Shown here piece by piece: positions 15,650-25,513 of a DNA stretch of 48,555 nt. Origin of the DNA: a virus; the IMG/VR virus record IMGVR_UViG_3300008807_000172, positions 1 through 48,555 of that record. One strand, given 5' to 3'. Every line of letters starts with the position of its first letter. Within the stretch, counting starts at the first letter, position 1. Made by a program: the position numbers and the translations under genes. The notes under the pieces were generated by a model. That model was not told the DNA's origin. It was given only the letters and a program-made list of their open reading frames with translations, and ran no database searches.

Positions 15650-18600
15650 CTACTGCCCTGCCCTCTTCGCCCGCCTGCCCATCGCATCATCCCGCAACCG
15701 CATCAGGTCCGGCCCATACAGCTCCATGATCTGCTCCTTGGCCGCGCGCCGGTACTCGTTGACGACCGCCTTGATGTAGGCCGCCTTGCCCCCGGCAGGC
15801 CCGTCGGTCATGTCGAAGTAGGCCGCCGAGTCGGGATGGTTGCCGGTGACGACCGCCTCAAGCTGCTGGAAGGCCGGCTCGCCCGCCAAGAGGACGTACT
15901 CGCTGTAGATGTCGGGGTGGTTCTTGAGGCTGACGCTGACGCCGTCGATGCTGAGCTGCTTGGTCGGCATGGTCACGGCCACGCCCAGGTCCAGCATCTC
16001 CAAGTCGATGGTGTTGGCCCCGGCCTTGCGCGTCTTGGTCAGGTTGATCATGTCGTACACCGCGCCCAGACCCGACTGGTAGGTGCGCGGCCGCCCCCAA
16101 AGGTCGCGGCTCGGCGCAAGGTCGTCCGACCCAAAGGGCAAGCCGTTCTTCAGCGTCTCGATGACGCTGGAGGTCTCGCGCATGTACGGATCCTCCAGGC
16201 GGCGGCCCATGCGCAGGGCGCCCGAGAACGGCACGAGGCCCGAGGCGCGGGCCCCAAGCTCACGCTCGACCTGCGCCCCCTGCCCACTGTGCAGCGCCTC
16301 GAAGAAGTCCAGCGTGCCGGCCAGCATGTTCTTGTCGAGGAACGCCTTGCCGATGGAGCCGATGACATGGCTGATCACCTCGCCGTTGTCCTCCAGGCTG
16401 GTCTCGTCCCAGTCGCTGTTGGCCATCAGCTCGGAGAAGTCGCCGACGATGGACATGGTCTGCCCCAGCGGCTCGAACCGGCTGTACTGATACCAGCGCC
16501 CGCCCACGCGGATGCTGTAAGGCTGCCAGTTGACACCGCCGTCGACGCCTTCGCGCTGCATGGCGTCGCGCTGCGCCCGGTTGCCCGGCCCGCCGCCCGT
16601 CAGGTCGCCGTTCATGCTCATCTCGAGGAACACGCCGTACAGGCCCGTGCCGACGGCCAGCTGGGTCAGCGCCATCTCCTTACGGGCGCCGCCGGACGCG
16701 ATGTCCTCCCACCACCTGGCCGAGAACGGCGCCAGCGGACTGTTGCGCATGCCCAGGCTGATGATGTTGGACGGCGTGCGCAGGAAGGGAATCAGGGCCG
16801 TGCCGACCGGGGCCCCTGGGGCGTATTCGTCCAGCGCGCGACGCACGCCCTGCAGCGCCTTGTCGATCTTGCCGTCGTCCCGCGTGAAGGTCAGTTCCTT
16901 GGCGTTGGCCTCGGCGTTGTCCAGCATCTCGCGAGTAGGCGTCGCCATAAGCTCGGCCTGCCGCGCCTTGATCTCGTCGGGCGTCCAGCCGGCCGCTCGC
17001 CCCTCGCGCGTCGCGATCTTGTAGGCGTCGCCCTGCAGGCTTGCCCGACTGCCCATGACGGCGAAGTAGTCGTCGGCCCAGCCGTTGATGGTCTGTGGGC
17101 CCCGGATCACCATGTCGATGAAGTTCAGCACCTTGCCGTAGGGGGTGGTGTCCGCCACATTGTGCGCCGCCGCGCTGAAGGGGCGGGCGAGCTTCGGATC
17201 CTCGTAACCAAGGCGCCCGCTGTCCTCGCGCATGCCCCGCGTCACCCCCTCGGGCAGGGCTTCGTTGGGCCGCCAGCGCCAGGCATCGCGCATGCCGCCC
17301 ATCATCCCGATGATGCGCTGGATCGTCTCGCCCGACTCGAACTCGGTGCCGCCAACGAATCGACCGCCCGTCTCCGCCACCGCGCGGTTCAGGATGTCCT
17401 GGGCGACATTGATCGTCGAGCCCATGACGTTGGCCACAGGCGTGCCCAGGCCGGACAGCAGGCCGTTGACGTACAGGGTCTTGATCGCCGCCTTGGTATG
17501 GGCCTGGCCGCTGGTCAGGGCCAGCGCGTTGCCCTTCTTGTCCTTCATCTTGAGGATGGCGTCGGCAAGCGCATTGGCCGCGTCGGCGCCGCCGGCCGCC
17601 CGCAACTGGGTCTCCAGATCAATGGCGCGGTACGGCGTCGCCTCACCGGCGATCTTGAAGGCCTGCAGCGCCCGGCCCGCCTCGGCCCGCGCGCCGAAGA
17701 ACTCCATCTGGATCGCGTGCGTGGTCGCCGCGCCACGGCGCAACGCCACCTGCTTGGCCAGATTCTCCGGGTCTGCCTTGAGCTCCTGCGCCAGCTGCAG
17801 CAGCTTCTCGTTGGCGCCGATCAAGGCCTGCTTGTAGGCGACCACCTCCTCGGCATTGATGGCCTGCCCGCGCTGACGCTGGGCGATGGACTCCAGCGCG
17901 TCGAGCTCCTTTGCTGCCTTGTTGGTGTCCGCCCACGTCTGCACGCCCCGGCGCGCACCGTCGATGTCCTTGGCGTTGCGCTCGGCCATCTTGAGGATCG
18001 TGCGCTGCACGTCCTCGGGCGTGTTGAAGCGGTGCATGGGCAGGTCGAAGGCGTTGGCGGCCTGGTCGGCCCCGGTCAGGTCTTCGGCCAGCCCTTCGGT
18101 GCTGACGGTCTTGGCCGCCTTGTCGACCTTGGCCGCGCCACGCGGCTTCGGCGCCGGCTTCAGCGCCTTCTCGACATCGGCGTCCAGCTTGGCCGACACC
18201 TTCTCGGCCTCGGCCGGCGGCAGCGTCGGATCCATCCTGATCCCGTTGGCGTCGGCCTCCGCCCTGGCCGCAGCTTTGGCTTTGCGGGCCTCGCGCAGCC
18301 CGCGCAGGCCGCCAACCAGGGTGTCGATGGCAACACCAAGCCCGGCGCCCTCCAGCGCGTTCTTGGCCCGGTTCAGCAGTTCCGGGTCTTCCTCGTCGGC
18401 CGCCAGAAACTCGGTGATCGGGTTGCGCCATTCGGGCTTCAGGTCGTTGAGCAGGGACGACAGGTTGCCGCTCATACCGTCGAACGCCGTGAAGTCGGCG
18501 ATAGCGCCCTGGGCCAGCGGTTTGAGCAGGCTGCCTTGCTTGGCGGCCCAGCCCCAGCCCTTCAGAATCTTGCCGCCGGCCGCCCAACCCGCGCCGAACT

Positions 18601-19342
18601 CGGCGATGTTCTTGACCATGCCGCCGGTAACGGTGTCGACCTTCTTCTCGGCCTGGTCCGTGTTGAACGGCGTCAGGTCGTGCGCCTTCGCAATCCCCTC
18701 CTCCAGGGCCTTCTTGCGGCTGGTCAGGCCGATCTCCACGGGAGTCGACTTGTCGCCGTCGATCCCCTTCCACGTCACCGTGCCCGGCAATTCGTCGAGG
18801 TGCAGGAAGCTCTCGATGCCGTTGGCCAGATCCTCGAGGAGGTTGACCCCGGCGTTGATGCCCTTCTTGAGCCCCACGATTGCGGCGGCGGGGGCCTGCG
18901 GGATGCCACGGGCGATGTCGCTGATGACCGCGCCCAGTCGCCCGGCGCCCTTGGCCATGTCGGCGCCGGTCGGCGTGCCCTGTTGGGGGGCCTTGGCGGC
19001 GCGCTCTGCCTCATCCGCCTCCAGAATCTCGCGCTCCAGCTCGTCATCCTCGGCGGCCTGCTTGACCGCCTCGCGCTGCTTGAAGTCCTCCGTCATGTCG
19101 CCGTCGACAGCATAGGGCCCGGTGCGCGGTCGCCCTTGCAGGTCGATGGTCACGTCGGACGGCGCCAGCCCGGCCAGGTCGTTGGTCGTCGTGTCCGGCC
19201 GCTGAAAGCGGGGGTGACGCGACGAGCCGAGCGGCGCGTTCTTGTCGAACTGCACCTGCTTGCTCAGGCTGGCCTGCTCGGGAGTCATGTTGACGGCAGG
19301 GGCGCCGCCGGTCGCGCCGATGACGGTGGAGGATTCGGCCAT
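15650..19342 (-). CDS. Large internal virion/ejection protein (T7 gp16-position, 1230 aa)
   Basis: Size and position after two smaller core proteins; no catalytic motif recognised. Confidence 0.55.
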   Translation of the reverse strand: MAESSTVIGATGGAPAVNMTPEQASLSKQVQFDKNAPLGSSRHPRFQRPDTTTNDLAGLAPSDVTIDLQGRPRTGPYAVDGDMTEDFKQREAVKQAAEDDELEREILEADEAERAAKAPQQGTPTGADMAKGAGRLGAVISDIARGIPQAPAAAIVGLKKGINAGVNLLEDLANGIESFLHLDELPGTVTWKGIDGDKSTPVEIGLTSRKKALEEGIAKAHDLTPFNTDQAEKKVDTVTGGMVKNIAEFGAGWAAGGKILKGWGWAAKQGSLLKPLAQGAIADFTAFDGMSGNLSSLLNDLKPEWRNPITEFLAADEEDPELLNRAKNALEGAGLGVAIDTLVGGLRGLREARKAKAAARAEADANGIRMDPTLPPAEAEKVSAKLDADVEKALKPAPKPRGAAKVDKAAKTVSTEGLAEDLTGADQAANAFDLPMHRFNTPEDVQRTILKMAERNAKDIDGARRGVQTWADTNKAAKELDALESIAQRQRGQAINAEEVVAYKQALIGANEKLLQLAQELKADPENLAKQVALRRGAATTHAIQMEFFGARAEAGRALQAFKIAGEATPYRAIDLETQLRAAGGADAANALADAILKMKDKKGNALALTSGQAHTKAAIKTLYVNGLLSGLGTPVANVMGSTINVAQDILNRAVAETGGRFVGGTEFESGETIQRIIGMMGGMRDAWRWRPNEALPEGVTRGMREDSGRLGYEDPKLARPFSAAAHNVADTTPYGKVLNFIDMVIRGPQTINGWADDYFAVMGSRASLQGDAYKIATREGRAAGWTPDEIKARQAELMATPTREMLDNAEANAKELTFTRDDGKIDKALQGVRRALDEYAPGAPVGTALIPFLRTPSNIISLGMRNSPLAPFSARWWEDIASGGARKEMALTQLAVGTGLYGVFLEMSMNGDLTGGGPGNRAQRDAMQREGVDGGVNWQPYSIRVGGRWYQYSRFEPLGQTMSIVGDFSELMANSDWDETSLEDNGEVISHVIGSIGKAFLDKNMLAGTLDFFEALHSGQGAQVERELGARASGLVPFSGALRMGRRLEDPYMRETSSVIETLKNGLPFGSDDLAPSRDLWGRPRTYQSGLGAVYDMINLTKTRKAGANTIDLEMLDLGVAVTMPTKQLSIDGVSVSLKNHPDIYSEYVLLAGEPAFQQLEAVVTGNHPDSAAYFDMTDGPAGGKAAYIKAVVNEYRRAAKEQIMELYGPDLMRLRDDAMGRRAKRAGQ

Positions 19343-19345
19343 GGT

Positions 19346-21448
19346 CTAGTTCCCCAGAATTTCGCGGCGGCGCTTCTGATACTCCGCGTCTGACATACCG
19401 GTGCGCTGGCGCTCGGCGGCCAACGCACGAATGCGGGCGGCCTTATCGCCGATGGCGGTCTTTCCATCTCCGGCGCCCGTGACCTTCGCCGACGGATTGT
19501 AGATGGCCAGGCCGATGTTAACGCCCGCCTGCTTCTTGCGGGCGTCGTCTGCATCGAGGTTGTCCGGCAACCAACGCATCATGCCCTCGTCGAACTGGGC
19601 CTTGCGCTCCTTCCACAGCTTGTCACTCATGCCCGGCGGACGCTTGTGGTACCATTCCGGCGCCCCGCTCTTGACGATGGCGATGTCGTTCTTGAGCGCC
19701 CGTCCGTTCAGGGCCCGCAGCGTCTCGGCCTTGGAGCGCGGAATCAGGCCCGCATCGACGTCGTCGCGCAGGGCCTCCCTATCCAGCTGGCCGTTCATGG
19801 CGTCGCGCTGATGGCGGTCGTAGGTCGCGCCATAGCTGGCCTTGGCGGCGGCGGCCTCTCGCCTCGCCTCCGCCCTGGCCCGGCCCTCCGCCGCGTTCTC
19901 CGCCTTCTCCAGCGCCACCCGGTCGGCGTCGCTCAGCCTGTCGTCCGAGCGCCAGTCCGGCGTTCCACCCTGCAGGTAGTCCAGCTGATAGCCCGCCACC
20001 AGGTCGCGGCGCTCGGCCTTGGCGTCCCGGTCCCGCTCGGCCTGGATGCGCGCTTCCTGCCGGTCCGCCTCGCCGACCTGACGCAGGGCGGCCAGGCTGT
20101 CGTTGTACAGTTTGCGGCGGCGCCCCGGCGCGAGCCCGGCCAAGGCGGCCTGACCCTCGACAGGCGCCTCCTCCTGGGCCGCGCCGCCCGCCAGCGCGAT
20201 CTCCTTGCCATAGAACTTCGTCGGATCCACCGGCCTGCCACTGGCGTCCCGCATCTTGAAGTGCAGATGCGGTCCCGTGCTCCGGCCGGTGTTGCCGCTC
20301 TTGCCCAGCACCGCGCCGGCCTCCAGCGTCTGGCCGCGCTGGACATCAAAGCCGGACAGGTGGGCGTAACTGGTGATCGTGCCGTCGGCATGGCGGACGC
20401 GCACATACTTGCCGCTCTCGGCGTCCTCGCCCACGCCGACCACCACGCCCGGCGCCGCGACCTTGACCGGAGTGCCCACCGGCACGGCGATGTCGACGCC
20501 GCCGTGCGAGTCGGTGGCCCGATCCGCGCCGAAGCCGGACGTCACCCGACCCTCGACCGGCGCCTGGAACGCGACCGAGCCGCGCGGCGCGACCCTGCTT
20601 TCCTGCGTCGGGTCGCGATAGCCGAAGTCCTCCTCGAGCGAGCGCAGATAGGCCAGCCGCCCCGGCTCACCACCGCCCGCGCGCGTGTAGGCGTCCATCG
20701 CCTTGCGCTGGGTCAGGACGCCCAGCACCTCGTCGTCGAGCTTGTCCTCCTCGATCTGCGCCTGAGCGTCACTCCACTTGAACAGCGGATTGGCGATCTT
20801 GCCCCGATTGATCGACGCCCATTCCTGCCGCTTGGCCTCGGCCTCCGGCGTCAGGAACTTGCCGTCCATCAGCAGGGCCAGATAGTCGGCGCGCGTCGCC
20901 GCCTCGCGCGCGGTGACCGTCGCGACGTTCTCCGCCTGGTCGCGCTCGGTGCGCGCCTTGACCACCGCCGCCTCGCCCTCGCGGACCTGCTTGCGGGCGT
21001 AGCCGCCAACGTCCTGCGCCCAGTCCCCCGGCGCCGTGGCGATGAAGCCGTCGACCATCTTCGCCGATTCGGCCTTGTAGCCATCAGGGTCGAAGGCGAA
21101 CTTGGCCCTGATCTCTTTCTCGCGGGCGTCGATCTCGGTCTTGACCCCGGCGGTATAGGCCGCCTCCGCTGCCTCCATCCGGTGCGGCGCCAGAACCCGG
21201 TCGAGGATCGTCCAGTCGAACTCCGGCCTCTCGCCACGGGCGGACGCGGCCGCGGCCTCGGCTCCCTCGCGCTGACCCCTGCCGACGCCGATCTTGTCGA
21301 TCTGGTCGCCGAACGTCTTGCCGATGCGGGCCAGGTCTTGGGACAGCTGGCCGAAGGCGTTGAAGTACGGCGTCGTGCCCGGCTGCGGTTTCGCCGCCGA
21401 GACGCCGTGGTCAAAGTTGGTCGTCAGCCGACCCGTGCCGCTGGCCAT
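19346..21448 (-). CDS. Internal virion protein with M23 peptidase domain (T7 gp15-position)
   Basis: HGGVDIAVPVGTPV...SYAHLSG...GNTGRSTGPHLHF. Confidence 0.7.
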   Translation of the reverse strand: MASGTGRLTTNFDHGVSAAKPQPGTTPYFNAFGQLSQDLARIGKTFGDQIDKIGVGRGQREGAEAAAASARGERPEFDWTILDRVLAPHRMEAAEAAYTAGVKTEIDAREKEIRAKFAFDPDGYKAESAKMVDGFIATAPGDWAQDVGGYARKQVREGEAAVVKARTERDQAENVATVTAREAATRADYLALLMDGKFLTPEAEAKRQEWASINRGKIANPLFKWSDAQAQIEEDKLDDEVLGVLTQRKAMDAYTRAGGGEPGRLAYLRSLEEDFGYRDPTQESRVAPRGSVAFQAPVEGRVTSGFGADRATDSHGGVDIAVPVGTPVKVAAPGVVVGVGEDAESGKYVRVRHADGTITSYAHLSGFDVQRGQTLEAGAVLGKSGNTGRSTGPHLHFKMRDASGRPVDPTKFYGKEIALAGGAAQEEAPVEGQAALAGLAPGRRRKLYNDSLAALRQVGEADRQEARIQAERDRDAKAERRDLVAGYQLDYLQGGTPDWRSDDRLSDADRVALEKAENAAEGRARAEARREAAAAKASYGATYDRHQRDAMNGQLDREALRDDVDAGLIPRSKAETLRALNGRALKNDIAIVKSGAPEWYHKRPPGMSDKLWKERKAQFDEGMMRWLPDNLDADDARKKQAGVNIGLAIYNPSAKVTGAGDGKTAIGDKAARIRALAAERQRTGMSDAEYQKRRREILGN

Positions 21449-21948
21449 CAGCCCCCCCTCGCCTTGCCGGTGCTGGTCGAACCGGGCGTGCTGCTGCCGT
21501 ACAGGTTCCGCTCCATGGCCCCGGTGAACAGGTGGCCGCCAGGGTTGGCGCCGATGGCGAACTTGAAGTCGAGCAGGCGCCCGGCGTCGTAGCCCGCCTG
21601 ACGCAACATGCGCGCCTTGGCCCGCAGTCCGGCCCGTTGGTTGGCGGCGGATGCAGCCGCCACCTGGCCGGCGCGCGCCGCCTCATGCCGCATCTGCTTC
21701 TCGATGGCCTGCGCCGTCGGGCTGTCCTGCGACAGGCCGCTGGCCGCGCGCCGGGCGATGATCGCCGAGGCTGCCTGGTTCAGCTGCGCCGCGCGGACCT
21801 CGCCCGCCTGCGCCGCCTGAAGGTCGACGTCACGGATCGACTGCTCGGCCTGAACGGCCTGGTCGTAGTAGTTCTTGCGGCTGTTGGCCTGCTCCAGGTT
21901 GGAGCCGATCATGCCGCTAATGCCCGATGCGGCGCCCATGGCTTGCAT
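21448..21948 (-). CDS. Small internal virion protein (T7 gp14-position, 166 aa)
   Basis: Start moved to ATG 21948 (TAATG overlap); position only. Confidence 0.5.
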   Translation of the reverse strand: MQAMGAASGISGMIGSNLEQANSRKNYYDQAVQAEQSIRDVDLQAAQAGEVRAAQLNQAASAIIARRAASGLSQDSPTAQAIEKQMRHEAARAGQVAAASAANQRAGLRAKARMLRQAGYDAGRLLDFKFAIGANPGGHLFTGAMERNLYGSSTPGSTSTGKARGG

Positions 21949-24047
21949 TAGGACGAGACCTCCATGGTAATCGACGTCACCTCCAGCGGCTCGCCGTGCG
22001 CCTGGCTGATGATCAGGCTCGGCTCGCGCTGATGGCCCAGCAGGTGAACCGCCAGCTGGCCGGTGAACGGCGGGATCGCCCCGCCAACCCCGGTCGCCGG
22101 GTAGCCGCTGGGCGTGTAGCCGTTGACGCTCACCTGCCCTGTTTCGCGCACGTCCAGCCACGCACGGCAGATGCGCTGCTTGGGTTTCAGGCCATACTCG
22201 CCGTCGATGGGCGGCACGATCTGCATGTCCACCGCGAAGTCGAAGCCGACCTTGATGGCGCCCCAGTCGCTGTCGATGTCCTCCAGCACCCCGTCGGCGC
22301 CGACGACGAAGTCACCGATGCGCGCGCCGTCCTTCCATGCCGTGACCGTCGCGCCGGCATAGGCCGGCACCGGGGACGTGGTCGTGGCCAGCGAGACCAC
22401 GCCGTCGCCCAGGACGTCGGGATCGAACACCTCCAGATGCCAGGTCTCGACGCCGTCGATTTCGCGCATGACGCAGGCATACAGCCGCCCGGCGGCATGC
22501 ACGATCGACCGCCACTCGCCCGCCGTCGACCAGCGGACCCAAGCCGTGTTCTCCGCGCCGCGCCGGTAGGTCATCGGCCGCAGCTCGCCGTCGTCTCGCA
22601 GCACCAGAACCAGGCGGTCGGTCTCCGTCCCGGCGGGCATGACCTCCATCTCCAGCGGCGTGCCGGCCAGGTGGAAGGCCATCTCCGACAGGTCGGCGAT
22701 GTCCCAGGACCGGCGCACATTGCCGGTCGGCGCGACCATCATGGCCCGGCCCGAGCTGTCCTCGGTGAACAGCATGCCCTCGGCCACCAGGTGCGGACGC
22801 GGCGCCCCGGCGACCTCCGGCCCGATGCGCAGGATCTCCAGGTTGGTCGGCGACAGCGGAGCGGCCACCTGCTCGGGCACATAGTAGGGCCCGTCCTCGG
22901 TGAAGATCAGCAGCTGCTCGGTCGAGCCGAAGTGCAGGATGCGCAGGCTGGCGTCGGAGCCGATCTTCTCGACGAAGGCGTCATTGTCCGCGCCGGTCCC
23001 GACGTCGAAGTCGGTGATCTCGGCGATCGCGCTGGCGGCCAGCACATTCGGCGCCTCGGGAAAGTCGCCCAGCAGCAGGCGGGCCCGGTGCAGGATGCAG
23101 GCGCCGGGATAGCCCCGCGCGTCGCTGATCAGCTGCTCATCCCAGACCACCGTGGCGGCCGGCGTGGCGTTGAGCGCCGAGCTCGTCACCGTCGTGGTCG
23201 CCGTCGGCCCGACCAGCTTCTCGGCGTCGGTGAAGCTGATGTAGCTGTCCAGCATCTGCACGGTCACGACGCCGGACGCGACCCCCGAGACGATGCCCTG
23301 AATCTCGGAGTCGAGGCCCTGCACCGTCTGCCCGACCACGAAACCGTCCTCGTCGGCGACCGTCACATCGAAGGTCGGATACAGCTTGCCGATGACGTCG
23401 CCCGTCGCGTTCTGGGCGTCGGTCACGGCGGTGATCTCGATCTCCACCCCGGCGTACCGGATGCGGGCGCCGACATGCGTGCCCAGGAAGGCGTCGGCGC
23501 TGGCCACGATGCCGATGCCGGTCCCATCATAGGCGCTCGGCTGGATGGCGATGTCGCGCGGCGCGAGCCGGTAGTAGGGCTGACGCAGGCTACCCTGCAG
23601 GCCGCTGGTGAAGGTCAGGTCGCCGATGGACCAGACGCCGGCCGTGTACGACAGCAGCTGGGGAAAGAAGCTGCGCGAGGTGGCCGCGACCCGGTCGTTC
23701 TCGGTCGCGATCTGCATCGCCCGCAGGTCGTTCTCTGACCACGGACAGCCGGTGAGCGTCTGGATCAGGGAGCCGTCCAGGTTGCGATAGGCGAAGGCCC
23801 CCTCGCTGAACAGCATGAGGCGCGCGTCGTCGGCGCCGTAGCCGATGGTCTCCAGCCGCGCGAAGCCGTCGAGCCCGGCCAGGCGCCGCGTGCCCCAGCG
23901 CCGCTCCGCGCCGCCGCCGGACAGCAGCCGAACATTGGAGGCCGACTTGAGGGCGCGCTGGCGGATCGCCGCGTCGCTGCGCTTCATGTACTCGGGCGCG
24001 ATCTCGCCGGCCGAGAAGTCGTTGGTGAAGTCCCAGCGCCTAGCCAC
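21948..24047 (-). CDS. Tail tubular protein B-like (699 aa)
   Basis: Size and position after the gp11-like gene; no search done. Confidence 0.55.
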   Translation of the reverse strand: MARRWDFTNDFSAGEIAPEYMKRSDAAIRQRALKSASNVRLLSGGGAERRWGTRRLAGLDGFARLETIGYGADDARLMLFSEGAFAYRNLDGSLIQTLTGCPWSENDLRAMQIATENDRVAATSRSFFPQLLSYTAGVWSIGDLTFTSGLQGSLRQPYYRLAPRDIAIQPSAYDGTGIGIVASADAFLGTHVGARIRYAGVEIEITAVTDAQNATGDVIGKLYPTFDVTVADEDGFVVGQTVQGLDSEIQGIVSGVASGVVTVQMLDSYISFTDAEKLVGPTATTTVTSSALNATPAATVVWDEQLISDARGYPGACILHRARLLLGDFPEAPNVLAASAIAEITDFDVGTGADNDAFVEKIGSDASLRILHFGSTEQLLIFTEDGPYYVPEQVAAPLSPTNLEILRIGPEVAGAPRPHLVAEGMLFTEDSSGRAMMVAPTGNVRRSWDIADLSEMAFHLAGTPLEMEVMPAGTETDRLVLVLRDDGELRPMTYRRGAENTAWVRWSTAGEWRSIVHAAGRLYACVMREIDGVETWHLEVFDPDVLGDGVVSLATTTSPVPAYAGATVTAWKDGARIGDFVVGADGVLEDIDSDWGAIKVGFDFAVDMQIVPPIDGEYGLKPKQRICRAWLDVRETGQVSVNGYTPSGYPATGVGGAIPPFTGQLAVHLLGHQREPSLIISQAHGEPLEVTSITMEVSS

Positions 24048-24645
24048 GCGCCGCCGCCCGGCTGTTGCTCCAGCGGCCGGTCAGCGTGGCGCGGTAGGCG
24101 CGCGGCGCCGGCGACTGGCGCTTGTCGCGCACGATGGCGCGCTGAATCTTGACCTCGCTGTCCTTCTCGATCAGCCGCGCCTCGCTCCAGCCGTCCAGCA
24201 GGCCGCCCAGCAGCAGCGCCTGGATGCGCGTCACCACCGCCTCGCCGAAGTTGTAGGACCAGCGGGCCACGGGGGCGCGGTAGGTATAGGTCGCCTGATA
24301 CTCGCCCTCGGCCAGCACCAGAACGCGGTCGCCCTGCAGGGTCCAGTCGCCCTCGCCGATGGTCACGCCCGATCGGGTGATGAACCGGACATTGATGCAG
24401 TCGTCGGGCAGAGCGTACTCGTAGCCCCAAGCGGCGTTGTCGCTCTCGCCAATGAGGGTCAGGTCGGCCGTCTTGGTCGCCCAGGTCCAGGCGTGGCGCT
24501 CCAGCAGGTCGCCGACCACGCCCTCCAGATTGGCGTTGACCACGGACGAGATGGCGCTGCCGTCGGTCAGGGAAGTGGGCGCCGACTCGCCGACGCGGAG
24601 GCAGGCGGCCTGGACTACCTCGATGTCGTTGGCGTAGCGGGGCAT
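24040..24645 (-). CDS. Tail tubular protein A-like (201 aa)
   Basis: N-terminal VVQAACLRVGESAPTSL...LERHAWTW resembles T7 gp11 N-terminus; size and position. Confidence 0.6.
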   Translation of the reverse strand: MPRYANDIEVVQAACLRVGESAPTSLTDGSAISSVVNANLEGVVGDLLERHAWTWATKTADLTLIGESDNAAWGYEYALPDDCINVRFITRSGVTIGEGDWTLQGDRVLVLAEGEYQATYTYRAPVARWSYNFGEAVVTRIQALLLGGLLDGWSEARLIEKDSEVKIQRAIVRDKRQSPAPRAYRATLTGRWSNSRAAARG

Positions 24646-24674
24646 ATCAGCATGGTCCTCATGCGCGGCGGACG

Positions 24675-24685
24675 CTCAACGCACG
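24675..24685 (-). promoter_or_regulatory. Late box CGTGCGTTGAG (copy 5)
   Basis: Exact 11-mer immediately after terminator, 29 nt before ATG 24645. Confidence 0.6.
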
Positions 24686-24721
24686 GAAAAGAAAGCCCCC
24701 GATCTCGAAAGACCGGGGGCT
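24686..24721 (-). terminator. Rho-independent terminator after the capsid gene block
   Basis: Stem AGCCCCCG/CGGGGGCT (24694-24701 / 24714-24721), 12-nt loop, then TTCTTTTC on the minus strand. Confidence 0.7.
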
Positions 24722-24765
24722 ACCGCCCGCATGGGAAGGAGGCGCGGGGGACGCGCGGGCGGAAT

Positions 24766-25065
24766 CTACTTCTTGGCGGAGCCGCCGGGCTTGCCGTCGC
24801 CATCATGGTCGAAGGCGGCCAGCTTGCCCTTCAGCGCCTCGACTTCGGCCCAGGCCGCCTCGAGTTCGCCTTCCAGCTCGGCCACCTTGGGGTCGGCGGC
24901 CGGGGCCACGGCTGCGGCCGCACGCGCTTCCGCACGGGCCTTCACAGCCGCCTCGGCTTCCTTGTCCAGCGGCTCCCAGGCCAGGCCGGGAACGAGATCG
25001 GATTCGAACTCCGCCCCCTCCACGGCCAGGCCGGGGATGTACGACTTGGCGCGATACCGGGGCAT
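24766..25065 (-). CDS. Hypothetical coiled-coil protein (99 aa)
   Basis: ATG 25065 (TAATG overlap); Ala/Glu-rich. Confidence 0.5.
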   Translation of the reverse strand: MPRYRAKSYIPGLAVEGAEFESDLVPGLAWEPLDKEAEAAVKARAEARAAAAVAPAADPKVAELEGELEAAWAEVEALKGKLAAFDHDGDGKPGGSAKK

Positions 25066-25499
25066 TAGATCGGCGCCTGCTGGTTGCCCATGGTCACGCC
25101 CGCCCAGATGGCGCCGGCGGTCGCGTCGGACCCGGCCACGGTGTAGTAGGCGCGCATGTAGCGCTCGGTCGACTTCAGCGGCACGCTGTCGATGTTGAAG
25201 ACGTAGCCGGCGGTCAGGGTGGCGGCCGCGATGGCCTCGGTCTCCAGGATCGTGGTCGGCGACGAGAACGAGGTATTGTCGTCGCACTGGATCGCCACCT
25301 TGAGGGAGGTCAGGGTGGCGAACGCCGTGGTGACCTGGATGTGCAGGGGGATCTTGCTCCCCTTGCCCTGGTCGCGGTTCAGCGCGGCGGCCGCCCCGTA
25401 GGGCGTGCCGGCGGCCAGCAGGTCGATGTAGTTGGTCGAGGCCGCCGAAGCGGTGACCGCCTGATCGTCCGAGAAGAGTTGTTGCGCGGAGGTGATCAT
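25065..25499 (-). CDS. Possible capsid decoration/cement protein (144 aa)
   Basis: Immediately after major capsid gene; recalled resemblance to Bbp16-type proteins, unverified. Confidence 0.4.
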   Translation of the reverse strand: MITSAQQLFSDDQAVTASAASTNYIDLLAAGTPYGAAAALNRDQGKGSKIPLHIQVTTAFATLTSLKVAIQCDDNTSFSSPTTILETEAIAAATLTAGYVFNIDSVPLKSTERYMRAYYTVAGSDATAGAIWAGVTMGNQQAPI

Positions 25500-25513
25500 G
25501 TCTGGGGCGCCCC

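Noticed and set aside
15617-19393. 1258-aa plus-strand ORF
   Set aside because: It is antisense to the 1230-aa virion protein gene, with Arg/Gly/Ala/Leu/Val-rich low-complexity translation. This is a typical GC-rich shadow ORF. The minus-strand gene fits operon context and translational coupling.
19646-23738. 648-aa and 603-aa plus-strand ORFs
   Set aside because: They are antisense shadows of the M23 core protein and tail tubular B genes.
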